A stretch of DNA of 63,214 nucleotides, counting the filler, from Choristocarpus tenellus KU-1152 (lineage: Eukaryota > Protista > Phaeophyceae): assembly GCA_964200185.2 (NCBI GenBank). It is 9 parts of 9 records of this genome, joined end to end, with 100 filler letters (N's around TTAATTAATTAA, not from the genome) between each part and the next. Parts side by side here need not be neighbours in the genome. Positions count along the whole stretch, not along the records: positions 22,278 to 37,800 come from CAXNAD020000980.1; positions 37,901 to 41,193 come from CAXNAD020020981.1; 7 more parts are not named here. One strand, written 5' to 3'. The notes below the pieces were generated by a model, which saw only the letters and a list, made by a program, of their open reading frames with translations, did not search any database and was not told the DNA's origin. A program made the position numbers and the translations under genes. Of the stretch, positions 25,201-38,973 are shown piece by piece (positions within the stretch are counted from its first letter, which is position 1; the number at the start of each line of letters is the position of its first letter).

Positions 25201-26666
25201 CTGTTACAGTGGGTATTCTTGAGCGCTTCTATTGTAGGTGCTTCATCTTGGATTTGGATACACGCCTTATGTCTTGACCAATCTACAACCACCACAGTTC
25301 CCACCACTTCCCTGCTACTTTGAGCCATTGCTTTTGCCGTGACTGCCAGAAGTCCCTCCATTTGCTTGGAGCATTTCCTCAGCTTTAGTAATTGACCATG
25401 CACAGGGTCTCGTGGTATCCATAACCAAAAGCTAAATCCAAATCCCCTGCCAGGTACTTTTGCAAGTGGTGTGTGGCGTTTGAATTTTGTCGTTGACTTT
25501 GCAAGAGGAGTGTAGACCGGGCTGGCCAAGAGGGTCTGCCCATCTGCCCCTCTCTGTGCCTGCTCCTGTGCTCTTCGGCATTTCAGAAGTTGCAGCAGGC
25601 TCAACTGCACATGCTTGGCCTCTGGAACGAGGATGTTGAGGACAGCATTGGTAGCATCCCACCAGGTATAAGATGATGTGGCACAGCCAGTATCTCGTGT
25701 CACTCCCACAGAAACTTTTGAGGCTGGTGCCCAAGTATCTATGAAATCAGGTGGGGACGTCACAGAAGTTGCACCTACAGAAGCACTGCGGGTCATAGGA
25801 GGCACCCTTGATCCATCAGGGTGGGTCGAGCCACATCCACTCCTCTGACTCACCAATTCTGCAACCGAACAAAGATGCGTGCATAAGTCCTGGAAGGTGT
25901 GCCAGACTGTACGGTGTATTTTTCCTCTTCCAGTCGCTGCCCTTACTCCATTATCAGTTGGGGTAAGGATATCCCCATTTACTGTTAGCATCTGCCCCAG
26001 CACAGGTATCAACCTGCAGATAACTGATATTGGCGATTCTCTTGTAGATATTTCATTGCTCATGGTAGAGTTGGGCAATACTCCAGCTGATGCTGAGGGA
26101 AAAGATTGGTGTTGAGAATGAACAGAAGGTGAGACATCCGTCCTACTATTTCGAGCTGGTCCTTCACCCAGATTGATCGGGCATTCTTCCATCCACCCTG
26201 ATATCTTGGTGTGCTGAAGAAAGGTTGGGGTGAACTTTGCTGACAGAGTCTGGAGCAATGTAAGAAGAACAGGCAAGCGGCGCATTTTTCTAGTCTGTGG
26301 ACCATCTTGCTGATGCTGTGCTTGTAAATGATATTCCCTCCCAATGGGCCAGTTAGATTCACAAATAGATCCCATGTCTTCTGCGGCAACATGTACATTA
26401 TGTTCATTAATTACCAACTGAGCTACGTCATTGTACAATCCCACGAATACCCCATGCAGTATTGTGATTGGCACTGGGCCTGCTCCACCAAGATCTCCGA
26501 ATATAGATATCCCATTCAAGTTACGTGAGGGAGACATTGAGTTCCTCTGGATGCAACTACAGTGGTCAAATGTTTTGTCCAGTCGAGAAACAATCTGACC
26601 TAATGCAGCAGGTGGGTCTGCATAGTAGATCAGGGTCTGCACTATCTTGAGGCCTGTTGCACGCAT
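22278..26666 (-). CDS. Giant RCC1/LamG-like/SPRY protein (HERC-like putative E3 ligase): 4.4-kb exon with LamG-like segment and start of SPRY/B30.2 domain
   Basis: Uninterrupted ORF beginning at acceptor tgatAG|ATG. Contains FSFWLWI...PEEQWVHVCCTYS...MLIIVNG (concanavalin/LamG-like) and ends FPSIRL...GRWYYEVVLLTDGLMQLGWA...GQGVGD (SPRY). Truncated by the spacer. Confidence 0.85.
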
Positions 26667-26813
26667 CTATCAATTCATTGGGAAGGGAAAACGAACATTA
26701 AAAAAGGTGCAAGGGTTTGTGTAGGCTCTGCTGTTTGCTCAAGTAGCTACAGCATGCGACTTTCTGTACATGCTCGTCCTATGAGCAGGCCAACACAAAA
26801 GAGCTAGGCTAAC

Positions 26814-27111
26814 CTTGGCACGAAGCTCCTGGATCTTCATACTACGTCCTAGTTCCTCCAGTAGGATGGGACTGGCCACGCAAACCATTAGGTGTTCCAA
26901 GCTGACATCCATCCAGGACCCTGAGCCCTTTTGTGAAACTTGAATCTCCTCGAGTGCCCGATATACATTGCCACTGCCCATTGCTGCTAAAATAGTAGCC
27001 AAGGATCCATTCTCAGAGTACATTTGTGGTGCTGCTTTGGCGAATCCTTTTGGTCCATTCGTGTTAGCTACTACTGCACTGACCTCGTTTACCACTGTGT
27101 GTGATACCCAC
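26814..27111 (-). CDS. Exon of the giant RCC1/SPRY protein
   Basis: ttgcAG|G acceptor and AAG|GTTAGC donor; phase 2 in, phase 0 out, matching both neighbours. Confidence 0.7.
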
Positions 27112-28087
27112 CTGCAACAGATATGTAATTTGCTTCAAAGCGTCAGATTTGGGATGACTGACAACATCAAGCTCTTACTATGAGAGTTGTCACTCCTCCA
27201 GTTGCGTAGAGAATAGGTAGTGCAATGTCCCTTGCATTAAATGTACTATGCAGTATATACTTTTCATACCCATCGACATTTTGGAGATATTATCCTGCGA
27301 GTGGAAGTAGCAACATACAAGAAAACACAATGAGTACAACAGCATAGTGAGTATTGCTTCCAACAAAAGACCCTCCTATACACCGGCAATTGCACTATAT
27401 CCAAAACCAGAAACAGGAGTCTTCCTATTCAACAGTTAATGTGCTGAGTGCTTTATTGGGTCATAGCAAAGGTTACTAAACCCTAAAATTGCTGCAGGTA
27501 CCTCTGGAATGCGTGTAACACAAAGGTCTAGGGTAGGTCAGCAACATGGACCGGGTTTGCACAATAATCTGAATGTAGGGTGTTGTATTCTTGATGTTGA
27601 TCTATGGAGTGCAATATTGTGTTAATAAAAAGAAGTGGGATAGAGTACTCTTTGCAAATGTTTGAGAGTCGAAAATTGTCTTGCGGAGCGATTAAATGTT
27701 TTGGGTACACTCTCTATTCTTTGGATGTGTAGTACTCCTGAGCAATAGTAGTATATGAAGTGCCGTGTCCACTATACACGGAGGAGATTTTATTTGACGA
27801 AGTATATAGCAGTGTAAGTATATATGTATTGATATGTGTATGTGTGTGTTGTAGGCAAGGGACAGCTTCGTTTGAGGAGAAAATTAAAACTCAGTAAGAT
27901 GTTAGGTACATTAAGATGCCCTCAATTACACTTCTTTGTGATCAGTATTAGATCAAGCACTACTCCTCACAATGGTAGTATCAACCGATTACTTTCCCAT
28001 CTCAGTTAATCAACTGATTGATGATAACAAAATAATGTAAATGTTGGGCACAAAACCTCTGGGGCTTCGCGTGGTGTTGCACCTCAC

Positions 28088-28213
28088 CCTCGGAGAGTAG
28101 CACATACTTCTTGCAGTGTCTCTTGGTCGGCTTGACTGAGACGATGTGACAAGCGTTCTCGACGCATATTGGATGGCATCTGCACAGTCCTCGATGTTCG
28201 ACATGAATTACTC
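28088..28213 (-). CDS. Exon of the giant RCC1/SPRY protein
   Basis: cttgtAG acceptor and GG|GTGAGG donor; 126 nt, phase 2/2. Confidence 0.6.
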
Positions 28214-28818
28214 CTACAAGATGAAACATTGAACAGGGGGAGTTGATAGGGATGTGAGAATAAGTAAGTGATGGGGCGGAAGGCGTCAAATAGTGCTGTT
28301 GTTGCAAGGAGAAACATATTTTGTTGAGGTCCTCTACATTTCTCTTGCATCATGATTCTTAAAGTATAGATATGAGGTGAATGATCTTGTGGAGGGGTCA
28401 TGATTTGGGGCTTTGGTGGTTATATTTAGGTTGGCCAATGTCCACAGCTATCATGCTGCGTACCACCTCCCTACTTGAACTAAAGGTGGTGTTCATGATA
28501 GGACAACTTGCCATGGAAGTAGAAGATGCCAATTGTTACACTTCAACTATCCCCTGAGCTATGGAAAAGGCAGCCAGCGCTGACTACATTCTCGGGAGCT
28601 TGGGGGTTTATTAAAGTTTCAACAGACAAGAATGTGAGACGACCTCTCGTTAACAATTGCCTTAGTGCCAGCTATTTTTTTATGTATCAGATAGACTTGA
28701 GGCTAAAAACACGCTATCCTTGGATATAATGTACCTGTCTCTGAAATGCTGTGTCAGTGCTGCGCTGTTTCAGCTTTTTCTAAAACAATCGACTTCTACC
28801 TTTGTAATTTGTTTCATT

Positions 28819-29048
28819 GGGTGAACTCCGTCGCATCCGTTCGGGGTCATAAATCCAATGTTGCGATTTTGATGAATTTTGGCTATCGCCTTTGTTAGCA
28901 AGTGTCATTATTTCTTGCTCCAGACACACCTTTCATAGTCGTATACATTTTTTGTGACTGTGCTCACACAAAAAAACCCAGAAAGGGCACAAAACATCGT
29001 GGGAAGCCAAGCCCTGAACAGACTAACAGGGCAAAACTCGTACCCTCT
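28819..29048 (+). mobile_element. MITE-like family B (intronic copy)
   Basis: Aligns with 53918-54127 (aaatccaatg...ccagacacacctttcata...cgtgggaagccaagccc...acagggcaaaactcgtaccctct) and with 49177-49236. Confidence 0.7.
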
Positions 29049-30677
29049 TCAAAGCTTTGGGTCTGTAGAAGAAGGTTTAGATATATATACATTATTAGCT
29101 GAAGGCACCTTTCATGGCATACAAATCACATATATCATAAGGCAGTCATTGTGGCCCTTCAAAACCTAACGACAACCCCTCTCTAGGATAGTATCACTCT
29201 TGAAAATATTCTCCAAATACCTAGTGATCATTTCATTTTTCGCCTATAGCTTACTGGGCTGTGTGCTCATTGTCCCCTACACAGTGACTTGTCTCGTCCT
29301 TTGCCTAGATCAGACATCCATAAAACACATCTTGGACACCCACAACTTTCAGTTGCCGCATTGGCTAAATCTTTCAGAACTCCAACAGCAAAGGGCCCAG
29401 ATCTCTGTGGAATTGGTGTCTGCCAATCTGATCCTTTTTTATATCATATGTTCTGCAACATTCGGAATTGCTCCATGCTGTTCAAGCCACTCTGAAGTCA
29501 TACGCACAAGAACAATGTACACCAGATCTTGTATGCAACACCTCTGGGATGCCAACACAGCCTGTGGGAGCAATGGCGATCAGTTGTGCCCTGCAGTGGT
29601 TGACACCCACGTGCACACTGATCTGCAATTCTGCAAAAACAAACTATTACTGCATCCATGCTCTACTGTACAGAATAGCAGGTTTGCAGAGGTCTTGCAA
29701 GGTTTAATAGTTAGAGCTTGATGGTTGCTATTCCATTCTATACCTTCCGTAGGTTGCAAATATCGCGTGTCTCTGCCAAACTATTTGCTTGAGCTGGTTT
29801 TCTGGAAGAATTTTGTACGTGGTGCTAATTGCAGCTGACAGCATTGGCCATTTCCTCCAGCTCTCTCAATTTGTATCTTCTAAGGTCCGTTCCTAATGAT
29901 AGATTATTCCTCCGGATATGACTACTATTCTGGTTATCCCAGAAATTTCGTAAAAGAAAAGTATATAATTTGTAATATGAACAAGGTGTTATTTCCCATG
30001 TTAAGCTTTTCTCACGCTATGTCCACCAGATATTTCTTTTGGAAAGATAGTTTTCTCCCAGGAGTTGACGTCAGCGAGTACCTGATTTTCTTTTTCATTT
30101 CTTGGGGTTTTTTTTATTGGTGGATGCTAGTTTTTCGGAATCATATGAAGCGATGTTGATGACAACAAATTAAGTAATACTTCCTCGGTTCAGCACTAAT
30201 TTGAGCAGTCTGCTGGGTGGGCTATAGACGCACTAAATGGTATCAGATCTTCCTTGTTGTTTGTGTCTTGCAAAAAATTCTTATTAGGATACCCTACAAT
30301 TTCAGTGAAATCCGATTTTGTCTACCCATTCCATATGCTGCTCACTGCCAAGCCGCAATAAAGCCTTGTGAAAGTGGTATTATTTCCGTCCTATAAACTG
30401 TTCACATTAGTGCCGAATAGAGGAAGTAGTCCTTTAGAATGAAATGTCCCGTTTCCACTCTTAGACTTAGACTTTAAAAAGTAAGACTTGTCACAAGCTT
30501 TGTGTTGATAGGAATGGGTCAACACCAACATACACTGTTACAGCTAGCTGGTACAACTAGCTCGTATATTCATTGGTGTCTGAAGCAACATTGGACATGC
30601 TTCCCTCCATATTGTGGTGGCTTTGGTTGTTGAGGAAGTTCAAGCGTGTTCTGTGGACGAGATTAATCTTGCCTCAC

Positions 30678-30980
30678 CTTGTGAGATTGATACTTGGCAG
30701 GTGCCTACTTTTTAGCAGGAAGTCACAATTGCTTACAATTCCAGAGAGCAATGTGCTCTGTCTTGATTGACCACCCAGTGGATCTCGCCCAGGGATAGGC
30801 TCAGCGCATGCATTATCCTTTGGTATGCTTCCAGTGGGGAGGGTAACTTCCGTGATGTTGGATGCCACCTCCCACTTCTGCGATTCCTTAAAGTCAACCA
30901 GTGCTTCGTGTATCTCAGCAACAGCAGCGGACACAAGCTTGAGTGCTCGTGGTGGAGAGCTGGCCTTGTCCAGACGGCAC
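30678..30980 (-). CDS. Exon of the giant RCC1/SPRY protein
   Basis: cttctggtgcAG acceptor and AG|GTGAGG donor; 303 nt, phase 2/2; encodes PPRALKLVSAAVAEIHEAL. Confidence 0.65.
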
Positions 30981-31298
30981 CTGCACCAGAAGTCCAAGTC
31001 AAAATCTACCAGGAATGTGATGGGATGACCGAAATTCATGCTGGTGCTTCCTCCTAATGGTAGTACTTCATTCTCTACGATTGTACCTTTTCGTTGAGAA
31101 AATGTGGTCAACTAATGAATGAGCGCTGACTGCATAACTGTAGGACTATGGAGGACATCTATGGGGAGTGAAAGTAGGATTGATGCGCGGGTTTGAGTGG
31201 CTAGGGCTGGAGTAATAAATTCGCCAGGTAAGAGGATATTGGGGAATGTTCCAGTTGAGTCTATTAGAGGGATGTCCTTGGCACATTGTATTTCTCAC

Positions 31299-31606
31299 CT
31301 AGAAAAAGTTACGGCCTCTCCCACAAGACCATTGCTCTTCAGGATAACTGCTGCAACAGAACGTGCTGCAGCGATCACAAGAGCTCGAGCACCTTTTCGG
31401 GTGCTGGCCTTCTCATGGGTGTCAACCTCAGCCGTACTACTGTAGGATCCAAGCGATTGGTAGCTTCCCCATCCTTGTCCCTGGGTGGCGAGAGAAGCTG
31501 CGTGGAGGACCTGGGCCTGAGGTGCCGGGACAGTTGATGGAGAAATCATCCATTGGTACATTGCCTGGGCTGTTCCACGGCCACATAGCAGATCTTGGAG
31601 AAAGTC
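31299..31606 (-). CDS. Exon of the giant RCC1/SPRY protein
   Basis: ggcAG|GAC acceptor and AG|GTGAGA donor; encodes DFLQDLLCG...AAARSVAAVILKSNGL. Confidence 0.7.
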
Positions 31607-31742
31607 CTGCCGTCAAAACAATACAGCAACAAAGATGTTGCAGAACATAGGTCAGGAGATTCATACTTAGTACAGTCAGATAGATCTTTACTGCTCCTAT
31701 GTTTGTCGGAATCCTGTCCTGTACTCAAATCAATTCTCTTAC

Positions 31743-32051
31743 CTCCATTGCTTTATCGTCCACAATACTGTCCAGCTTACCCCCCCCGGATACAGCCCCT
31801 CCAAGTACTTCTACAGTTCCTGAGGTCTCTTTTGCATGACCTATAGCCTCATGGGGGTCTATGGGGCTTAGTCTAGTACCACGGTCTCCAGTGCTTCGTC
31901 GGTGCCTGGGACCAACAGAGGTATGGCCAAGGCGGACACTTGGGGTCGATTCCCGAGATACACCTGGCGACACCTCAAGAGGAGCACATGGAGTAATGTT
32001 TTGGCCACGACCTGGGGCAGAAAATGTCTGCTGCTCGTGCCATTTGAGTAC
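31743..32051 (-). CDS. Exon of the giant RCC1/SPRY protein
   Basis: catcAG|GTA acceptor and GAG|GTAAGA donor; 309 nt, phase 0/0. Confidence 0.7.
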
Positions 32052-32367
32052 CTGATGACGGGCCATAGTATAGGCATCAGGGCACTGAAAGTTGGAGTTA
32101 GGAATGGGGCTTCAGTTCTCAGTTGTTCAGACATTAGCTATCTGATTGAAGCATACAAACCGTATCCATCACACTTCAGACTGTGTTTCTGCTGAAAACC
32201 TCTCTGTATTCCCTCCACTTTTTCTAGAAAGGTGATTCAAAAATTCCACACAATGAAGAGCATATGATTACCTAAACCAGAACTGGGACTCTCTTGCAAT
32301 GCTGAAAATGCCTTTGTTATCTTAATCCATACATCCCTTAATGGAGGGGCACCTCTACTTCACTTAC

Positions 32368-33615
32368 CTGGATGAAGTTGGAATAGTCTTGCGAAATATC
32401 ATGACTTTGGCCACTTGCAGAACTCCACGTGTAGTTCTCGTATCCGCTATGTAGGAAGGGGGATGTAAGCAACATAACCTCAGCCATATCCACTGCTGAC
32501 ATAGACCTACCTTTGGTACCAAGTTGCTGTCCCACAACTGTTGTTGGCCCAGAAAAATGAGGTTCTGATATGAGTCTACAGGCTAAGTCAGTTGCCAGCA
32601 TTGCCAGCGATTCTTGCCAATGGCAAGGAATTGCCTTGTGATCATTTGCAAATTCCTTGTCAGGTTCTGTGTTTCGTATTCCTGTGGCACATTCGCACAT
32701 GGAGATCAAGCTATTGACCACTTCAAGTAGTGGCAATGCTGGAGGCAGGACAGCCAGAACAAGTGCCACACTATCCTTCCCACCAAATGGGATTGATACC
32801 AAGGAGGCACAAAGAAGAGGCACCAACTCCAGAAAAGAATCCCTGAGGACGATATGCAGGTGTTCCCAAAGACAGTTGACCTTGGTATGGCGATCAACTC
32901 TCTTCATTTCTGTGAGCAACCTATCAAGCACAATATGGCACTCTGCGAGGAGCATCTTTGAGAATAATAGCACTGTTTCACGTAGAGAGGAGTACTTGGG
33001 TTCTTGAACAGCCCAAGAGCTAATCATGTGTACCTGAAGGGTTTTTAAGAGCTTGGGGTTGTGGTGCTCGACTACTCGTGCCCTGCACGAGTCTCCAGCA
33101 CATCCACAACTCCAAGGAAAATGCCCTCCATCGTTTCTCTTTGAGTCCAATGCAGCAGGGCCCCACAGGCACTCTTGTAGGTGCCTGGAGCTGTGAGCGA
33201 GGAGCGATTCCATTATACTACCCAGCTCACCTGGGGTTAAATGGTCATGTCTGCCAGACAAGTGAGTCTGTCTCAAAGTACATGATTCATTTGCACCTCT
33301 TGCTGTTCTACCCGCCTTATCTTGTGTGACTTTCTCCTGTCTTTCACCTATGCCACCTGCGCAGATACCCTCGCTCTTGAAGAGTCCAGCCACTAGAGAT
33401 GCGACATAGCAGTCCTGGGAGAGACTCTCTAAGATCACCTTCAACCCCAGATGCCTTGGTGTTGATAGTTTAAGAGACTGGGCTCTGCCTATCGTGTCAG
33501 AGCAGTTTGGCTGAGCCAATCCGAGCCTTGCCACATCCCTCAGAAGGACCGATCTAGACAGAGTGGTTGGGTAGAATATGCTGAATCCAATGGACAACAT
33601 CTCTGCTGCTTCAGC
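32368..33615 (-). CDS. Exon of the giant RCC1/SPRY protein
   Basis: Lies within the 457-aa ORF; AG|GCT acceptor and CAG|GTAAGT donor; 1248 nt, phase 0/0; starts AEAAEMLSIGFSIFYPT. Confidence 0.8.
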
Positions 33616-34802
33616 CTTTCTCACACATGGGTAAGACAGGACAAAGGAGGGGAGCATGCCAGGGGTTACAACCACAAAGCTCCAGATCTCTTGCCAGCGT
33701 GCGAATTTCACAATGAAATATTTTTGCTAGTACTCATATGGAATCCTAAAGGCAATGTGGAATAGGACATATACGTCTAGAGGGGTTCATACGGGCACAG
33801 TAGAAGATCAACATTAGGAACAAACAAAGAGCGTTTTCGAATCATGAAGAAATGGATACTTAACTACAAGCTGTAACATTTGCAAGTACATTTGCAGGTG
33901 CCTGTGGAAATATGGTGTGTGAGCTCAATATGGAAGCCTGACCTCCCACAATATTACTATCAAAGGGACATGTGACCAGAAAATGAGCAAACAGTACAAA
34001 TCCTGGATTTTATAGTGTTCTCACGGTGAGTTCTTGAGCTTGAAATATTAGGGTTGATGCCACTGTTGATTTCTGAATGGTGTATTGTACTACCATAGTG
34101 TCCTATCCTGTGTTATCGGCTATTCATCCTAGCAACAAGAAGTGACTACTGGTTTCACCCTCAGATACCTATGGTCGATAGACTCCAGATGGTGTCTTGG
34201 ACATCTCTTTCAATGGCGCCATTAGATTATACTCTGGGAAACACAAATACAAAACTGGTCCTAAAATATGTTATACTCTCGAGGTATTTGAACAAAAAAA
34301 TGTTGAGGTTGATGCAGTTGGCCCCGTGCAACCATATCAACATCAAGAGCAGTTTTTGATATGCTGCTGGCAGACTACTTTGAACAAGGATGGAAGGCCT
34401 CCATGACATCCCTTTGCAGGTGCAGGCAGAGTCAGATCACAAGGAGTGAAATGAGAACATTTCTTCTGCAACTCCAGAGGCCTACCTATGTGGGGCTGGA
34501 GAAAGGAGTACAGTACTGCACAGCATAATTCTAGAGATAAAAACACCAGTTGCCTTGTCGTGTCTTGTGTGCTTAGATCCTTAAGCAGATGAGATAAATG
34601 ATATCAAATGTTGCTCCCTGATGCTCAGAGGTAGGATATTATTTGCTTTGATTTCCTGGTGCAGTGCTGGAAAGAAATACCTCCAGGTTTTCACATATTA
34701 CTTGACCTGCATTATGAGTTACGGCCACCTTCTGCCAAGATGTGGGGAAAATGCAGCTATGTGAAGGTCCCAAATGTTTGAAAAGACAAGAAGTGAACTC
34801 AC

Positions 34803-36239
34803 CTGAACAGCACCAGTGGCCTTGGCCACCTCATCATTGTCACAGGCATCGTCTCCGCTTTCAAGCAAGCACCAGATAAGAGTGCGGAGGTTTTCAACTA
34901 TGCTGTCCATAGATTGAAGCCCCGCATGTCTCCTCCCCCCTGGACGTTGGCACATACTGGCAAGGATGGCTGACTGCATATCGGGTGAAGCATCTTCAGA
35001 CTTAATGCCAGATCCCCCATAGGCTGACCTGCTACTGTGGAGGGCTTCCTCCTCTTGAGTACCCCAAATTTCCTCCTTCAGCTCGCGGTGTGAAACCTCA
35101 AGAGCACCCCCATCAGCCTCAGACCTGTTGAGAGGATCAGAAGAGCCTCCTTGCACTGAATACATTGAGCAGTTGTTGGGTTGACCATCATTTATTTCGG
35201 AATCTATGTCAAGCTTTGTCCTTGCCTGCGCAGCAACCTTGGCTATTGCTCCTGCTTGTGCTGGCCGGTCACTTACTGACCAATCTTCAGCAGCTGGTTC
35301 ACTTCTCTGCTGTGACTCCTGAGATGTTGCAACTGGTTTTTCGGAGGAGTCTCTGCTTTCTACAGCTTGAACAGAGTGCGACCAGTACAATTTGCTGCTA
35401 CGACAAGCACTTCGAATTGCGGTAGCCCTAACGAGGTAGAAAAGGTTAACTTTCAAGACCCTTAACGTGCAGCGCAACAAGCGAAGCGTGAAGAGTTTGG
35501 AGGAATGTGCAAGAAGACTACCTGGAAAATGTGAGGAATTCTTTGTAACCCTTTTTCGGGTGACATCATCCTTAAGAGCCTTGACTTGCCCATCCAATTG
35601 GGAGATATTGTCATTATATGCCCGTCGACCGGCTATAATTTTCCTTAATCCTGGGGGTCTTCCCTTGACAGCGACTGAGCTGACCTCCTGTATGTTATAT
35701 ACTAAGTTTAAAAAATACTGAAAAACCTCGGGTGACGCATCCACACAGTACAGAGCCCATTCCTGTGTTTGCAAGGTGGTCATAATGTTGAGGGGTTGTT
35801 CAATCTTGTCCTTGCGACTTGTCTTGGTTGTCTCAGTGACACCCATCTCAACTTGACTTGGGTGACAGCTCTCCATGGTTGGTAGATTGACTTGCTTTCC
35901 CCGTGGGGTATTTCCTACCCCTTCACTAAACACATCCCGCAGGCATGGTGTTGAAGAGGGCTGGATTGATGAGATGTCAGGGTTGCCTGTGCATTGAAGA
36001 GTTCGAATGGATTCACACTTTCCCAGGGGCAGTGCAGTCGCACTAGCTCCGGGGTCTGGGGATGGCTCTGTCTCTTGAGTCTCCATTTCTCGTGGATCCT
36101 TTCCCAGATTACTGTCAAGGATGGCAAGGACATTACAAACAGTCTGGTCCACATCGTCCCAGCATTCCTTGGGTAGGTGGGGCAAGGCCAACCGTTCCAG
36201 GTGACTCAATAGTACCACAGCCGTTTCCAGCTGTCCCAT
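34803..36239 (-). CDS. Exon of the giant RCC1/SPRY protein
   Basis: Lies within the 579-aa ORF; ctcttcacAG|ATG acceptor and CAG|GTGAGT donor; 1437 nt, phase 0/0. Confidence 0.8.
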
Positions 36240-36466
36240 CTGTGAAGAGCCAAGTTTTTTTTTCTTACATCCAAGCAATTGTGATAATACAAGAGAGGTG
36301 CCCAAATACTCTGCTCCACACGGGGTCAACAGGAATGTCATGCAGTGTCCTCTCAAATCAATGCATTTGCGCGCAATAGAGGCAGTGTGGCTCAGATATT
36401 GATGCTTTGTGACAATAACATTTTGGCTCTGCCATGTCAGGCACCAACAAACAGTCAACCATTCAC

Positions 36467-37800
36467 CTGCTGTGATAAATCTTGGGGTATTGCCAGGTCA
36501 CTGCATGCCATCAAGTTCTTGCCGAGGAGCAGGTCGTCTCCAAAGGCTGGTGCGACCCCTTTCAATGAACCTTTGGGTTCTGTTCTTGTTGGTACTTCCC
36601 CTGTTGGCTGTACAAGAACAAAGTCAAATTCATCCCCTTCCCCCAGTTGTACCACTCGCAGCTGCTGGGCTTGCTGCTGGAAGGGGCCATGTTGGAAAAA
36701 GAGCAAGAGTTGATCCAAGCTGTGGAACGACCGACTTCAAAGACAGAATCCAGCTGCAGTTAGCCTATTTCTGTTTTTCCATTTCCTTGGCGACTGAATG
36801 CTCCTGAGGTCTAGATGTACTATTGCGCAATGCTTTCAAGACTAAAAAATGTACATGGCCGAACAAAAATATACTGGGTTATGTCCAGATTTTCTCAACT
36901 TACATTGCTGTCTGCTAGTTGTATCCTGCAAGGAACTGCTGCATCCCTTGGAGTGTCATCATCTTCCTGAATCTCACTCATGGGCACCGAGGGGCTCTCG
37001 TTCTGTTGGCCCCACACAAAGAGGTCCCCACTGTCAGTAAGGGCAGCACTATGATGTCGTCCTCCCCTGATGACTGAAACTTTCCCACAGTTTGATGAGG
37101 AGAAGAAATCCACCCTTGTAGGAATTGGGCGCGGGTCTGAGACAGCTCGGAGGTGCAGAGAGCAATGGAACAGAATCCCAACTTAATACATTGCATTGTA
37201 GGGTCATTGGTTGTTGAAGGACTAAAGGTGCATTGCAGTAGGACTGGAAATGTGTACCCCAAAGTACATATTAGGGTGAATGAACCTCTCAGTACATATG
37301 ATGTGAGTTGCTTTTGGAAGTTGATTAGACCTTCGGATGTATGGAAAAAAAATGAAAAAGTACGTGACCTATCACAGTGTGCTCACTTTCATTGGCAACA
37401 CAAAGGCATCTTCACCCTGAAGGATTTCCATCAGATGGGGAAAAAATGGTGAATGGCACAGAGCAAATGGGATATGTACTGCAAAATAATGACGAGAAAT
37501 CGCCTTGACCCTGTGTACTCTGAAGTACAAGTCACCTTCATCTCCATGACCCAGTTGACCTTTGGCACCTTCTCCCCATGTGAAGAGGGTACCTGCTGCT
37601 GTGACTACCAGGCAGTGATCCCATCCTGATGCCACTGTCACCACATGCTCACTACCAAGTCCCCCTGCAGTGATCTTTGTAGGAGTGTGAGTGTGCAGAA
37701 CATCTCCTCCAAGACCTAGGACTGGAGGTGAGTGCCTTGAGTTGCAGTCCCTTCGCCCACCCCCAAAGCTATGTACCTGTCCATCATGAGTCAGCGCAAG
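36467..37800 (-). CDS. RCC1-repeat exons of the giant protein (5'-truncated by spacer)
   Basis: Exons at about 37510-37800, 36904-37114 and 36467-36676. They encode RCC1 repeats LALTHDGQVHSFG, VVTVASGWDHCLVVTAAGTLFTWGEGAKGQLGHG, VSVIRGGRHHSAALTDSGDLFVWG and RVVQLGEGDEF. The junction between the first two exons is unresolved. Confidence 0.85.
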
Positions 37801-37900
37801 NNNNNNNNNNNNNNNNNNNNNNNNNNNNNNNNNNNNNNNNNNNNTTAATTAATTAANNNNNNNNNNNNNNNNNNNNNNNNNNNNNNNNNNNNNNNNNNNN
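37801..37900. other. Artificial contig-joining spacer
   Basis: Same 44N-TTAATTAATTAA-44N structure. Confidence 0.97.
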
Positions 37901-38973
37901 AAAAAGGTAAAATCGAAAAAAGGGTCAAACCGGGCCCCAACACCCCCCCCCCCAGATACTTTGACCCAGAACAACTGCCTTTATGGAATGTTATACCCCT
38001 ATAAAACAGTAGTATATATATTGTGGTTATGAACAGGCTAGTTGGGGTGTTCCTTTTCCTTAGGAATAAAAAAATATATTTAATATGGGGAATTTTGCTC
38101 TCTTCACATATGTATTGAAATTTCTATGTATGTCTATGACGGCATTGAACTAGAACAATTACGGAAAAAAAAATGTTATATTCGTAACTCCCCATGCGCT
38201 ATTTCTTCATTAGTGCGAGAGGGTCAAAACTTTGAGCTTGCATCTTTTTTTTCATTTATTTGCAGTTTTGTAGAATTATATTATAGTGCATGATAAAAAG
38301 GCTTTCGCCAAACCACATATGCGGCAAACCCCACACTCCCTCACTCTCTTACTCTCTCGACAACAAACCAATGGACCTGGACAATATAGAGGAATCGTTG
38401 TAACAGTTATTCGAAAGGACCACACCTATCGCACCGCAGATGTACGATGACGACCTGTCAGCCACTAGGGGATCTCGCTAACAATGGAAATGAACTCGTG
38501 GACTCCGGAGGGGTAGACCCCAGGACATCCCAAAGGCAAGGCCAAGGCTCCGTCGCAGCAAGGCACACTCCAATGTAGCCTGTGCATTCTGTAATTACCT
38601 GAAGGAGGGATTAGCGCTTGAAGACTAGGCATAGCAAAGCATATGGTCACCATATCCTTCCGAAATCACACATTTGCATCGAAATCAGAGAGACGTGGTG
38701 TTCACCAGTTCCACTGTAGTTCCGAACCAGTGACGCACACATCCTCCCATCAAGAGCAGAACGAAACCTAACAACGAAGTTCGTGTCCTTCGATATCCGC
38801 GTTCCGATATGTATCGGAACTAAACGATGTTCCTTCCAGTTTCTGTTTCCGATCCCAACCCTAGCACCTGTCCCAACCCTAATCCTGTGCCCCAACCCTA
38901 ATCCTGTCCCTCACCCTTGCACATTAATAAAATTATGCCAAGTCATGTTTCACTCTTCCTTCATCTGCTCGCT

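Noticed and set aside
29200-29721. 173-aa plus-strand ORF inside an intron of the giant gene
   Set aside because: TTG start, no recognisable domain and no splice support; treated as a chance ORF.
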